Source of the DNA: Polyangiales bacterium
GTDB lineage: Bacteria > Myxococcota_A > Polyangia > Polyangiales > Ga0077539
Direction of reading: 5' to 3'
Assembly: GCA_044229975.1 (NCBI GenBank)
Contig: JBGARZ010000025.1
Location: forward strand, 88,714 to 152,713
DNA: 64,000 nucleotides
A model generated the notes under the pieces. The model did not search any database and was not told the DNA's origin. It saw nothing but the letters and a program-made list of their open reading frames with translations. A program made the translations under genes and the position numbers. This document shows, piece after piece, positions 24,297 to 33,437 of the stretch. Position 1 is the first letter of the stretch. Each line of letters opens with the position of its first letter.

Positions 24297-25976
24297 TCAG
24301 CGGCTGGTGCGGACATCGACGACGACGTACCGCAGGCGCACGTCCGAGTTGTCGGTCGATGGGAAGCCACTGGCGGCGACGTGCAGGTGGTCGCCGCGGC
24401 CCTGGAGAGTAAATCCCTGGATGTCGGCGTGGACCGAGATCGGCAGGCGGTACCGCACGGCGTGGGCGCCGGTGCGCGGATCGACCTCCTCGATGACCGC
24501 CTCGGCGCCATCGCGCGCCGAGACGAGCGAGAGGTCGCAGCTACAGAACTCGCGACCGCACCGCGGGGTGACCGCGAACTCCCGATCGGTGTGCAGGCGC
24601 AGGTAGCCGAGCCAGACCCGGCCGTCCCGAGTCTGCGCCAACGCGTGGTGGGAGACGGCCGGTCCGACGCCCTGCGCGTGACAGGTGGCACCCTCGCGAC
24701 AGCCGGTCGGCGGCATGAAGCCAGTACTCGTCATGGATGGGCAATCGCTGTGCGTGACGCTCTCTCCTGCCGAGATGGGCACGTCTCGCAGGCCACTCGG
24801 CCCGGCCAAGAAGAGATGCAACTCGGACTCGGACAGGGCGAGGGTGACGAGCGGTGCGCCCGGCGCTCCGTGATCCGACGGGACGATCATCGTACCGCCG
24901 CCTGCGGGACCCGACGGGAGGCGAGTGAGTACGACCGGAGGAGAGCCCACGCGCTGGTAGGCGTAGTCGTCGCCTCCGAGGCGTTCGAGGCGTCGCAGGA
25001 TGTACGGCTCTCCGGCCAGGTCGGTCGCCAGCGACGCGCCGATCGTTCCCGGTACGGCCGATCGGCTCCAGCTACCGTCGGGCGAGCGCGTCGCGAGGGT
25101 GAAGGTCAGGTCGGTGGCGACGTGAGAGAGCACTCGGACCTGGCCGAGCGGGTCGATGATCGCGTCGTCGAAGTAGGGCCTTGGCGTGCCACCAGGTGTG
25201 ACGTCCTCGGCCGACCAGGCGCCATCCCTGCGCGTGAAATGCGCGAGGTTGAGTCCGGGACCGAGCTCGCTGACGAGGTGAACCGAACCGTCCGGTCCGC
25301 AGAGAACGGCGGACAGCCGCGACGGTCCCATGAGGAGCTGGGTGTTCGCGACGAAGGGATCCGCGGCGACGCTGCTGCCTCCGCCCGGATCGAAGGTCAC
25401 GAGCTGTTTGTGATCCCCATAGCCGCTGTTGGAGAGCAGCGCGTAGCCGCGCCCGTCGTCGGCGGCCGCTGCGGTGAACCCCCAGGAGTATTCGTTGCAG
25501 CGCACCTCCCAGGCCGCGGCGGTCGGGCATGCCCCGCACCCGCAGGACAGGGCCTCTGGCGAGAGCGGCGCGACCACACAGGTGCCTGCGGGCGGACGCG
25601 CGACGTCGGGCGGCGCCATCGTCGCAGAACAGTCGGCGGGCGTTGTCCCGCCATCCACGCCGGCATCCGTGTGTGTCACGGGCGCGACGTGCACCGCGTC
25701 GATCACCGCCCCGTCGGAGCCCTCGATCGTCGCGTCCGAGGCCACGTCGAGATCCCGGGCGCCCCGGTCATCTGGCGTCGTCACGTCGGGGACCACGACA
25801 TCGACGATGGCAACCTCCACGAGCGCAGGTCCGTCTACGAGACCGACGTCCGCGATCGTGGGCTCACGGTCGCTCGTGGTCAGCGTCCCGGCGTCGTTCC
25901 GTGCCGCGACCCCTTGAACGCAGCCCATCTGCGCGACCCACCAGAGCGCCCAGGTCCATCGCTTCATGTAGCGCAC
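24297..25976 (-). CDS. Cys-containing lipoprotein, probable beta-propeller
   Basis: MGC lipobox-like, acidic DAG linker, repeated DGSVHL/GQVRV/DGRVWL...W strands. Confidence 0.65.
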   Translation of the reverse strand: MRYMKRWTWALWWVAQMGCVQGVAARNDAGTLTTSDREPTIADVGLVDGPALVEVAIVDVVVPDVTTPDDRGARDLDVASDATIEGSDGAVIDAVHVAPVTHTDAGVDGGTTPADCSATMAPPDVARPPAGTCVVAPLSPEALSCGCGACPTAAAWEVRCNEYSWGFTAAAADDGRGYALLSNSGYGDHKQLVTFDPGGGSSVAADPFVANTQLLMGPSRLSAVLCGPDGSVHLVSELGPGLNLAHFTRRDGAWSAEDVTPGGTPRPYFDDAIIDPLGQVRVLSHVATDLTFTLATRSPDGSWSRSAVPGTIGASLATDLAGEPYILRRLERLGGDDYAYQRVGSPPVVLTRLPSGPAGGGTMIVPSDHGAPGAPLVTLALSESELHLFLAGPSGLRDVPISAGESVTHSDCPSMTSTGFMPPTGCREGATCHAQGVGPAVSHHALAQTRDGRVWLGYLRLHTDREFAVTPRCGREFCSCDLSLVSARDGAEAVIEEVDPRTGAHAVRYRLPISVHADIQGFTLQGRGDHLHVAASGFPSTDNSDVRLRYVVVDVRTSR

Positions 25977-26076
25977 GCCTCAGCCTCCGCCTCTGCGGAT
26001 ACGGTCGCGCCGTCGGCGTGCCGTCGCAAGGGGCGCCGGGCGCACAACGGTGCAACTGCGCTGCCGTCCCTCGGCG

Positions 26077-27051
26077 TCATCGTCGCCGCATCGCCGCGAT
26101 CGCGGCTTCGAGTGCGCGGATGCGACGGTCCTGAGCCTGCACGGTGGCCACCAGCATGCTGGTGTAGCCGTAGAGATCGACCGCGCTCCGGTCCGGCTCC
26201 CGCGCGTAGCTAGCTGCGGGCTGGTCTTCGATGATGAAGCCCAGGCGTCGGCGGCCCGCCAGGAGCGGCTCGGTGTACTCGTAGGTCGCGAGCCGTGTCG
26301 CCAGCACCTCGCGGGACAGGCGCTCGGCCTCCGGCGCGGTGAGGTAGGCGATGTCGCGCTTCGCCGCGCGGGTCGAGCGCGGGCAGCCGGCGGGCGAGTC
26401 GGCTGGGGTCCACAGCCCACCGACGCACCGACGCGCGCGGGCCGGCTCGCATCCGTAGTCGCAAGAGAGTCCCTCGGTTGCGCACACCGTCCCAGCGCGT
26501 GGACGCGCGGCCGGGCAGGGAGTCGCCGTACTGGGGGCGGCGCAGTGCCAGGTGCGCGGGCCGTCACAGCGCCCGATCGGGTAGCGGATGCAGTTGGTGC
26601 ATTCGCACGCCAGGCCCGCGTAGGCGCAGAACGCCCCTTCGACACTGCACGCTTGACCATCGGCCGCTTCGCGCGACGTGGGACAGGCCGCGGTGGGCAG
26701 CGGGTCGCAGGTCGCCGTCGCGATCGACCAGCGCGACCCCGAGCAGGTCGCGAAGGTGCGGCACTGCACCCGAGGGTCGTCGCCGAACTCGGACACCACG
26801 CCCTCCCGCGCGCAGCCGCTGCCTTCGCTCGGCACCGACGATGGACACGCGGGGATCACTCCCGCATCTGGGAGGCCGCCCCGATCCGTTGGCACTCCGA
26901 GGTCGGCGATGCCGCTGTCGGTCGTAGCAACGTCTACTGCGGCGCCCGCGTCGGCAGGTGCGGAGGTGTTGGACGTCGTCCCTACGCAGCCCGCTGCCCA
27001 GCCGCTCACGGCCAGCATCCACCCGAGATGAAGAGACGCCGCGATCCTCAT
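26077..27051 (-). CDS. Cys-rich lipoprotein with C-terminal Peptidase S74 (intramolecular chaperone) domain
   Basis: AAGC lipobox, three CP...C...C repeats, then STRAAKRDI (Ser-Lys dyad), YEY, LGFIIED and coiled-coil VQAQDRRIRALEAAI. Confidence 0.8.
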   Translation of the reverse strand: MRIAASLHLGWMLAVSGWAAGCVGTTSNTSAPADAGAAVDVATTDSGIADLGVPTDRGGLPDAGVIPACPSSVPSEGSGCAREGVVSEFGDDPRVQCRTFATCSGSRWSIATATCDPLPTAACPTSREAADGQACSVEGAFCAYAGLACECTNCIRYPIGRCDGPRTWHCAAPSTATPCPAARPRAGTVCATEGLSCDYGCEPARARRCVGGLWTPADSPAGCPRSTRAAKRDIAYLTAPEAERLSREVLATRLATYEYTEPLLAGRRRLGFIIEDQPAASYAREPDRSAVDLYGYTSMLVATVQAQDRRIRALEAAIAAMRRR

Positions 27052-27150
27052 GGCTCCGATCCTCCTTGCGAGCCGGGCGACCGTCGCCCGCGGTCGTCAT
27101 GTTCCGGTGCGACGTTCGAACGGTTCGGCCCTCCCGGTCGGGCCGCAACG

Positions 27151-28245
27151 CTATGGGCGACGGAAGGTCGTGCAGGTTCCGCTGCGGCACTCCACCGGGA
27201 TCGTGGTTGACGGGTCGGCGCTTGCGCCGTCGTCCGTCCTTGGCGGCCCGGCGGGGCAACCGCAGCCGGGATACATCGGTCTGCACACCGCTTCGGCGCG
27301 GTCGAAAGCCTCGCGCTGACCGGCGTTGATGCCCATCGCGCGCGAGTTGCCGCAGCAGTCGGTCTGGTGGACAGCTACCGCGCAGTCAGTCGCCGCGCCG
27401 CAGCTCCGGTCGAAGGCGGGGAACGATCCTCCGCTGGCCGGGCCGCACACGATCTCCGCGCCAGCGTCCACGCAGACCAGGCGCCCGCAGCTCGGCGGCT
27501 CGCAGGTGATCGGCCCTTCGTAGCGGCATCCTGGCGGCGGGGCGGCGCAGTCGATCACGCAGGGCTCGGCGTCCGGTGCGCCGGCGTCGGATGCGCCAAG
27601 GTCGGTCGCGCCCGCGTCGGTCGCGCCCGCGTCGGGCGGGCACGCGAGGCGGGTGCAGACCGCGCGTCCGCTCGCCTCGCACGAACAGGTGTTGCAGCCG
27701 TCGCCCGCCGGGCAGCTTGCGCCGATCGCGCAGGTGCGTCCGTCGCGCAGGACACAGGTCATTCCGGCATCGATCGCGCACGCGCGCTCGGTGCATGCCA
27801 GCAGGCGTCCCGCCGAGCATGTGCAGGTGTTGCAGCCGTCGGGCGCCGGGCACGCCGCGCCCTCCGCGCACGTTCCTCCGTCGGGCAGCGCGCACGCCGC
27901 GCCAGCGTCTGGCGTGGCTGGACAGTCGCGCAGGTACCACCCGCAGGCGTCGCCCGCGCGCACGCCGCAGGTCGGGCCCCCGACAGAGCCGTCGGCGCAG
28001 CGGATGTTCGGGGCGCCGAATGGGTTGGGCCCGCACGTCGCGGCGTCACACATCGCGGCGTCTCGCGAGACGACGACGTCGGCGGGAAGGCCCATGGCAT
28101 CTCGCCGTACGCCTCCATCGACGGCGCCTGCGTCGCCCGCGGTGGTGACGACGCCGCCGCACCCGACACTCGCTCCGAGCGAGGGGAATCCCAGCGCCAG
28201 CGCCGCCGCGTAGACCAACGAGAATGGACGCCCGCGCTGTGGCAT
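27151..28245 (-). CDS. Cys-rich lipoprotein with two pacifastin-like protease-inhibitor domains
   Basis: SVGC lipobox; DGCNTCTCSAGRLLACTERAC and DGCNTCSCEASGRAVCTRLAC. Confidence 0.75.
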   Translation of the reverse strand: MPQRGRPFSLVYAAALALGFPSLGASVGCGGVVTTAGDAGAVDGGVRRDAMGLPADVVVSRDAAMCDAATCGPNPFGAPNIRCADGSVGGPTCGVRAGDACGWYLRDCPATPDAGAACALPDGGTCAEGAACPAPDGCNTCTCSAGRLLACTERACAIDAGMTCVLRDGRTCAIGASCPAGDGCNTCSCEASGRAVCTRLACPPDAGATDAGATDLGASDAGAPDAEPCVIDCAAPPPGCRYEGPITCEPPSCGRLVCVDAGAEIVCGPASGGSFPAFDRSCGAATDCAVAVHQTDCCGNSRAMGINAGQREAFDRAEAVCRPMYPGCGCPAGPPRTDDGASADPSTTIPVECRSGTCTTFRRP

Positions 28246-28454
28246 TGGAACCGTCGCTCCCTTCGTGCGAGGAGCGTAGAGCGCGATGGCGCGGTTCCGC
28301 CACTGGATGCGGACCGAGGGCTGTCGCCGCGTAGGTCGGCGGCGCGCGTGGACCGCGAGGTCCAGGAGGCGCAGAGTCTCTCTGGTCGTCGGGCGCTGTT
28401 CGGCGCTGTCGTCGAGGAAACCTCCCGTCACGGTCGAGAGCTCATGGGGTCGCG

Positions 28455-29237
28455 ATGAGATCGCATTCGCTCTGGATCGCGTGCGGAGTTCCGTTGCTCC
28501 TGTCGTCGTGCGAGGGATCGAGCGTCACTGTGACCACGGGCGTGGACGTGCCGATGGACGTGGGTGCCGTAGACACCTTCGTGGGCGACCGCGAGGACGC
28601 CGCTGGCGCGACGCTGGACGCCGCGACGGATGGCGGTCTCGACGCGGACATTGGTGATGCTCGTGGTCTTGACGCGGATGCCTGGGACGGGTCGTTCCCC
28701 GCGGACCTTGGAGCCGGCGTCGAGGAAGTCGGCACGGACCTCGGGCTCGCCGACGTGGACCACGGCGAAGGAGGTTGCGGCGACGGTCGGATGCGCTGCG
28801 GCGAGACGTGCGTGGATCTACACAGCGATTCCGCGCATTGCGGCGCGTGCGAAACGCGCTGCTGTCCGGGTCTCGTCTGTTCGTACGGCGAGTGCCAGAG
28901 CGCCTGCGGCGCCGGACTCTCCGTCTGTGGCTCCGATCCCACCTGCCGCGGCGGTGCCTGTCGCGATCTCCGCACCGACTACGCCAACTGCGGCGCCTGT
29001 GGCCACGCCTGTTGCGCGGGCACGGTGTGTTCGGGAGGTCGCTGCTTCTTCTCTTGCCCAGTTGGCCTGACCACCTGCGGGGAGGCATGCGAGGGCGGCG
29101 GATGTTTCGGTCTTGGGAGCAACCCCACCCATTGCGGCGCCTGCGGGAACGCTTGTCGTGCCGGAACGCACTGCGTCGTCGGCACCTGCACGCCGACGAC
29201 CCTCGATGCGGGTGGCGGCGATGTGGGGGACGGGTGA
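28455..29237 (+). CDS. Myxobacterial-type Cys-rich repeat lipoprotein
   Basis: LSSC lipobox, acidic linker, three (D/N)xx(H/N)CGAC repeats. Confidence 0.8.
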   Translation: MRSHSLWIACGVPLLLSSCEGSSVTVTTGVDVPMDVGAVDTFVGDREDAAGATLDAATDGGLDADIGDARGLDADAWDGSFPADLGAGVEEVGTDLGLADVDHGEGGCGDGRMRCGETCVDLHSDSAHCGACETRCCPGLVCSYGECQSACGAGLSVCGSDPTCRGGACRDLRTDYANCGACGHACCAGTVCSGGRCFFSCPVGLTTCGEACEGGGCFGLGSNPTHCGACGNACRAGTHCVVGTCTPTTLDAGGGDVGDG

Positions 29238-29496
29238 GCGTTCGCCCGCGGCCGTCACATGATCGGGCGCGGTCGGCAGCGGCTATCGCGCGGCTGCGCG
29301 TCTGCGGATCCACGTCGAAGCCTTCCGGCGCGCCCGCATCTTTGAGGTACGCGAGCGCCTCACCGACGCAGTCTCCGTCTTCGTCGCGCTCGACGATCAA
29401 GGCGCCGAGCGTTCTGTCCCGCCGATGCGATCAGACTCAGGTTTGGCCCTTGATGGTCGCTGATTGGACGGCTTGAGGTGCAAGAGCTCCTGACCA

Positions 29497-30330
29497 ATGG
29501 TGGCGTGTGCCACACGACCCCCACCGATCGGAGGCCCCGTACCCACGCATTGGGCTCGCACCTTCCAGCGCGCTTCGGAAGTGTTCCGGCACGCGTTCGC
29601 GGCGCCGACCTTCGCGCGCTCGCTCCTGCTGATGGCGGCATGGATGCTGTGCACCGAGCATCCCGCGCTCACCGAGTGTCTCGTCGTCAGCGGCGCGGCT
29701 GGCATGTGGGAGCACTCGGCCTTCCACCGCGTCTTCTCCCGACGGCGGTGGGATCTCGACGTTCTCGCCCGGCTCTGGCTCGCGGCGCTCAGCGAGCGCC
29801 TCACCGCGGGCGAACTGTGGTTGCGGTTCATGATCGACGACACGTTCGGCACCCGCAGGGCCTCGCGGCCCACGGCCTCGGCACACACCTCGATGCGGTG
29901 GGCCCCACCCGCACGCGCAAGACCTTCACCTTCGGCCACGTCTGGAGGACCTGCGATCTCGCCGTCACGGTGCCCTTCTCGACTACGCCGTTCACCGCCC
30001 GTCGCCTTCGACCGCCCTCGCGTCTTTCGCACCGGCGTCCTGGCCAAGCGGATGAAGGCCTCCAAGGGCGACACCCTCACGCGCATTCTCGACGACAGCG
30101 CGGCCATGGTCCGCTCGCTCGTGATGCGCGGGCACCCGATGGTGACGCCGACCCACGCCGACCCGCGTCGGCTCTACCGGAGCCATGACGGGGTGTTCCC
30201 GACGCAGTGGGTGCTCTCGCTGGCACGGATGCCGAGGGTGCTCGCGGCGATGGTCGGCCGCGTTCCCGACGCCGGATGCCGCGCTTCCTCGACGAGCGCG
30301 CTTAGGCTCGGGACGTGGCGGAGCGCGTGA
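29497..30330 (+). mobile_element. Degenerate IS701-like DDE transposase
   Basis: FHRVFSRRRWD...FMIDDT in one frame continues as GLGTHLDAV...FTFGHVW...VTVPFS in another frame; boundaries approximate. Confidence 0.65.
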
Positions 30331-30531
30331 CGTACGACGGGTTCACCCCCGCGAACTCCCGTTGAGGTCGGGACGCGACTATGATCGTCTCGGACGCGCT
30401 CGACCTGATGGGCCACCAACGCTCACACTTCTCTCCGTGGCGTTTCGCCGAGCTCCCGCGATCAATGAACACTCCGACAGCGACCCCCAATTCGCGATTG
30501 GCGCGGGCCGAGTGAACCGCTCCGACGGATC

Positions 30532-31335
30532 GTGGCGCCGACCTGCCCTGCGCCCATTCTCGCTCGACGCCCTAGCGGTTGTTCGACGCATGGCCCACGA
30601 CGCAGCAGAGCACCGGGACGGACCGTGACGCTGGGCAAGCGAAGAGGTGAGGCCACGGCCGCCGAGTACCCGGTTTCTGCGCGGACAGCGTTGCCGTTCA
30701 CCGTTGATCGACCGGAGACGACGGCGGAGCGGCACGCGCGGGAACTGCAACTACAGGTTTCGACGGAGGCTCGGCGCCGCTTCGCCGCCTACCTCCGGGA
30801 AAACCTTGCGATGGTCATCGCGGAGGCTGCCGTTCCCCCGGAGGAGTTCCGGGACCATCAGGAGCTCCCTGCTCTGGGCCTTACGTATGCGGTCGACGGC
30901 CGAACCGCGGTCGACGATGCGTTCATGGACAACCTCCGTGAGTTTCGTTCGTCGGCTGGAAACGAGCCTCAGATCGAGGCCGGCGTGATCTCGCCGGAGA
31001 TCTTTCTCGCGTACGCGCCGACCGCCATCCTCGACGTTGCCGCGGACCTGATCGAGGGGGAGGGGTTGTCGGCGCGGGCAGGCAACACGCTGTCGGCTAT
31101 TGGAAATCTCGTGTCCGTCGCGGTCCGCCGCGCCTTGCTTCGCGAGTCCCTCCATCGGAACCGCTGGAACCTGACCGCGGTGGGAGTGGAGTTCGGCCTG
31201 GGCGCCAGCGGAAACGTCCTGCGGACGCTCAGGGACCTTGGTCTTGAGGACGAACTGGATGCCGCACGTCGCGATGGGTCCGTCAAGAGAGGTCGGCCCC
31301 GAAAAGAACCTCTTGCTGACGATTCCGAAAAATAG
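30532..31335 (+). CDS. Putative DNA-binding protein with Fis-like HTH and C-terminal AT-hook-like motif
   Basis: LLRESLHRNRWNLTAVGVEFGL...VLRTLRDLGL followed by KRGRPRK; start uncertain. Confidence 0.6.
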   Translation: MAPTCPAPILARRPSGCSTHGPRRSRAPGRTVTLGKRRGEATAAEYPVSARTALPFTVDRPETTAERHARELQLQVSTEARRRFAAYLRENLAMVIAEAAVPPEEFRDHQELPALGLTYAVDGRTAVDDAFMDNLREFRSSAGNEPQIEAGVISPEIFLAYAPTAILDVAADLIEGEGLSARAGNTLSAIGNLVSVAVRRALLRESLHRNRWNLTAVGVEFGLGASGNVLRTLRDLGLEDELDAARRDGSVKRGRPRKEPLADDSEK

Positions 31336-31540
31336 ATCGGATCTGAGCCTTCGGGTTTGATCCAATATAGTTCGTGCGCTAGGTCTTGCCCCGAAGGTGA
31401 GGCCTCATGTCGAACACAGGCATTTGTCATCCGAACCAGCAGGTTGAGCGCGGCGGAGGTCTCCGTCGGCCCGCCAAATCGTGTCCGGACCGTGAGGACA
31501 GCATCTCGCGCGCGGGACTGCATCTCGCCGGTGGTCTGCG

Positions 31541-31879
31541 GTGAACCGTCACGACAGCGCGGCCATTTCCATCGCACCGCAGCAGCCGGACCACCGTTCG
31601 CACCCCGTGCGCGACGTTCTCGATGGCCCCATCGCTGACCTGGGCGTGGTCACGATGGCGGCCCTGGCCCCCCTCCTGGGCAAGGACACCGCTCGTGCGG
31701 TGCGGGACTGGTGCCAGCGACATGCGATCCCGTACCGACGCGACGGAAAGCACAACTGGGTAGCGGTCGCCGACTTCCGCGCGGCGGTCGCCCGCCTTCC
31801 GCTGCGGTCTGAAGCGATCGGCCGCGAGCGGGAGCGCGCTGGTGCCGACGCGGTGGCTCGCCTGATCGGGCGGCGGTAG
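31541..31879 (+). CDS. Excisionase-like small HTH protein
   Basis: LAPLLGKDTARAVRDWCQRHAIPYRRDGKHNWV winged-HTH pattern; ends 2 bp before the integrase. Confidence 0.6.
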   Translation: MNRHDSAAISIAPQQPDHRSHPVRDVLDGPIADLGVVTMAALAPLLGKDTARAVRDWCQRHAIPYRRDGKHNWVAVADFRAAVARLPLRSEAIGRERERAGADAVARLIGRR

Positions 31880-31881
31880 CG

Positions 31882-33345
31882 ATGGGACGCAAGCGCACTG
31901 GCTGGGTCCGGCAGAGGGACGGGGTCTGGTACGTCGGCCTGACACTCCGGTCGGGGAAGGCATTCGAGAAGCCCATCCCTGCGCCCTCGGATACAGGACC
32001 AGCGGACGACACCTACCGCTCGGTCGTGCGAGCGCAACTCGTGCGCGCGTACGAGTCGGGTTCTTGGGACCCCGAGGCCCCACCGTTACCTGCGCCCGAC
32101 GCTCCCCCTCTGCCCGCAGCAACTGTCCCCAGAAACCCGACGTTCATTGAGTTCCTCCGGGCGTACACCGCGTCGCGCAAGTACGAGTCTGCTGCGAAGG
32201 ACCAGGGACGAGTCGAGTTCTACCTGGCCGGATCCCCGGTTGCTGCCATCCACGTTCGGGAACTGCGTCCTGCCCACGGGGCCTCGCTCATCGCGTTTCT
32301 TACTGCGCTGCCGTCGCGGAGGGGGTCCACCCTCGGATCCAGCGCGGTGCGGAGCATCTACGACGTATGCCAGCGCGCACTCGACGACGCGATCGTCGAG
32401 GAACTCCTGTTGACGAACCCCCTCCGCCTGGGTCCTGTCCGCGCGCAGCTCCCCCCGAAACGCTTCAAGAACGCGAAGGCCCGCAAGGAGGGGTGGTTCG
32501 CTCGCGACGAGGTCGGACGGCTCCTGTCGGACCCACGCGTTGAGGAGGACCGCCGCGTTCTTTACGCGCTCCTGTTCCTGACCGGGATGCGCCCCGGAGA
32601 GTCTGCGGCGCTGCGCTTCTGCGACTGGGACCGGGCAGCGCTGCCGCTCACGCGCCTGTGCGTTGAGCGCGCAATCAAGTCCGTCACCGGCGTTGAGGGG
32701 CCGACGAAGACTGGCGCCGAGAAAGAGGCGCCCGTCCACCCCGCGCTTGAGACGATCCTCCGGGCGTGGTTCGAGACGGGATGGGCCCGCTACATGGGAC
32801 GCGCGCCGACGGCGACGGACTACGTCGTGCCCTCGGTGCGGGGACGCCGCAAGGGTCAGCCCCGCAACGAGAGCACGCTCAACCGAACGTTCCGCGACGA
32901 CTGCGTGGCGATCGGGCTGCGTTCGCGGCACGTCTACACCGCGCGCCACACTTTCATCACGCAGACGAAGAAGGACGGCGGCGACGCCGCGCTCCTCCGG
33001 CTCATTACGCACGCGCCCCCAAGCAGCGCCTACGAGGGCTACGTGCGCGACCAGTGGGAGCCACTATGCGCCGCGGTCATGAAGCTACAGGTCGACCTGC
33101 CTTCACCTGCGAAGCACGCAGAGCCGGATACTTCAGACGGCTCAGGAGAAACCCCCGGGCCCGATACCCTGGCGGATACCTTGGAGTGCAGCGCCGCCCT
33201 CGCCGCAAACACTGTAGAACAAGGCGAATCAGACGGAAGCACAGAGGAATCGAACCTCCCGCGCGGTGCGGAGGGCACCGTCGCCACCAGTTTTGAAGAC
33301 TGGGCCCGTCACCAGATCAGGTCGTGCTTCCGCCGACCACGCTAG
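31882..33345 (+). CDS. int: Tyrosine recombinase/integrase
   Basis: TGMRPGE (R), KTG (K), HVYTARHTF (HxxR region), ITHA and YEGY; C-terminus overlaps tRNA-Sec antisense. Confidence 0.92.
   Translation: MGRKRTGWVRQRDGVWYVGLTLRSGKAFEKPIPAPSDTGPADDTYRSVVRAQLVRAYESGSWDPEAPPLPAPDAPPLPAATVPRNPTFIEFLRAYTASRKYESAAKDQGRVEFYLAGSPVAAIHVRELRPAHGASLIAFLTALPSRRGSTLGSSAVRSIYDVCQRALDDAIVEELLLTNPLRLGPVRAQLPPKRFKNAKARKEGWFARDEVGRLLSDPRVEEDRRVLYALLFLTGMRPGESAALRFCDWDRAALPLTRLCVERAIKSVTGVEGPTKTGAEKEAPVHPALETILRAWFETGWARYMGRAPTATDYVVPSVRGRRKGQPRNESTLNRTFRDDCVAIGLRSRHVYTARHTFITQTKKDGGDAALLRLITHAPPSSAYEGYVRDQWEPLCAAVMKLQVDLPSPAKHAEPDTSDGSGETPGPDTLADTLECSAALAANTVEQGESDGSTEESNLPRGAEGTVATSFEDWARHQIRSCFRRPR
33234..33331 (-). 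tRNA. selC: tRNA-Sec (anticodon UCA)
   Basis: 8-bp acceptor stem GGAAGCAC/GTGCTTCC, anticodon arm CCAGT-CTTCAAA-ACTGG, long variable arm CGGTGC/GCACCG, T arm GGAGG-TTCGATT-CCTCT, G discriminator; CCA not encoded. Confidence 0.95.
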
Positions 33346-33437
33346 ACCACCCGACGAGGCTCACACCAGCCTCTCGTCCGGGTGGTCAGTCCCGTGACCG
33401 TTGCGCCACGCGACAACGTAGGCGAGGAACATCCTTC

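Larger units (their letters stand above)
1..33260. mobile_element. Putative metal-resistance genomic island integrated at selC (left end outside the window)
   Basis: xis-like and int genes abut the tRNA 3' end; cargo of resistance genes, an IS remnant and pseudogenes; the second att copy was not seen in the window. Confidence 0.6.

Noticed and set aside
27595..27636. 15-bp tandem repeats; also the 21-bp repeat near 7283-7332
   Set aside because: Coding repeats without unique spacers and no cas genes; not CRISPR arrays.
29234..29476. Possible gene fragment (MIVERDEDGDCVGEALAYLKDAG..., minus strand) beside the IS remnant
   Set aside because: No recognisable family and the frame overlaps the upstream lipoprotein gene; unsupported.
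1..33233. Second att copy of the tRNA-Sec 3' end
   Set aside because: Not found by eye in this window, so the left island boundary cannot be called.
26077..33345. Intact prophage (S74 domain plus xis/int)
   Set aside because: No capsid, terminase, portal, tail or lysis genes; the S74 protein has a lipoprotein signal.
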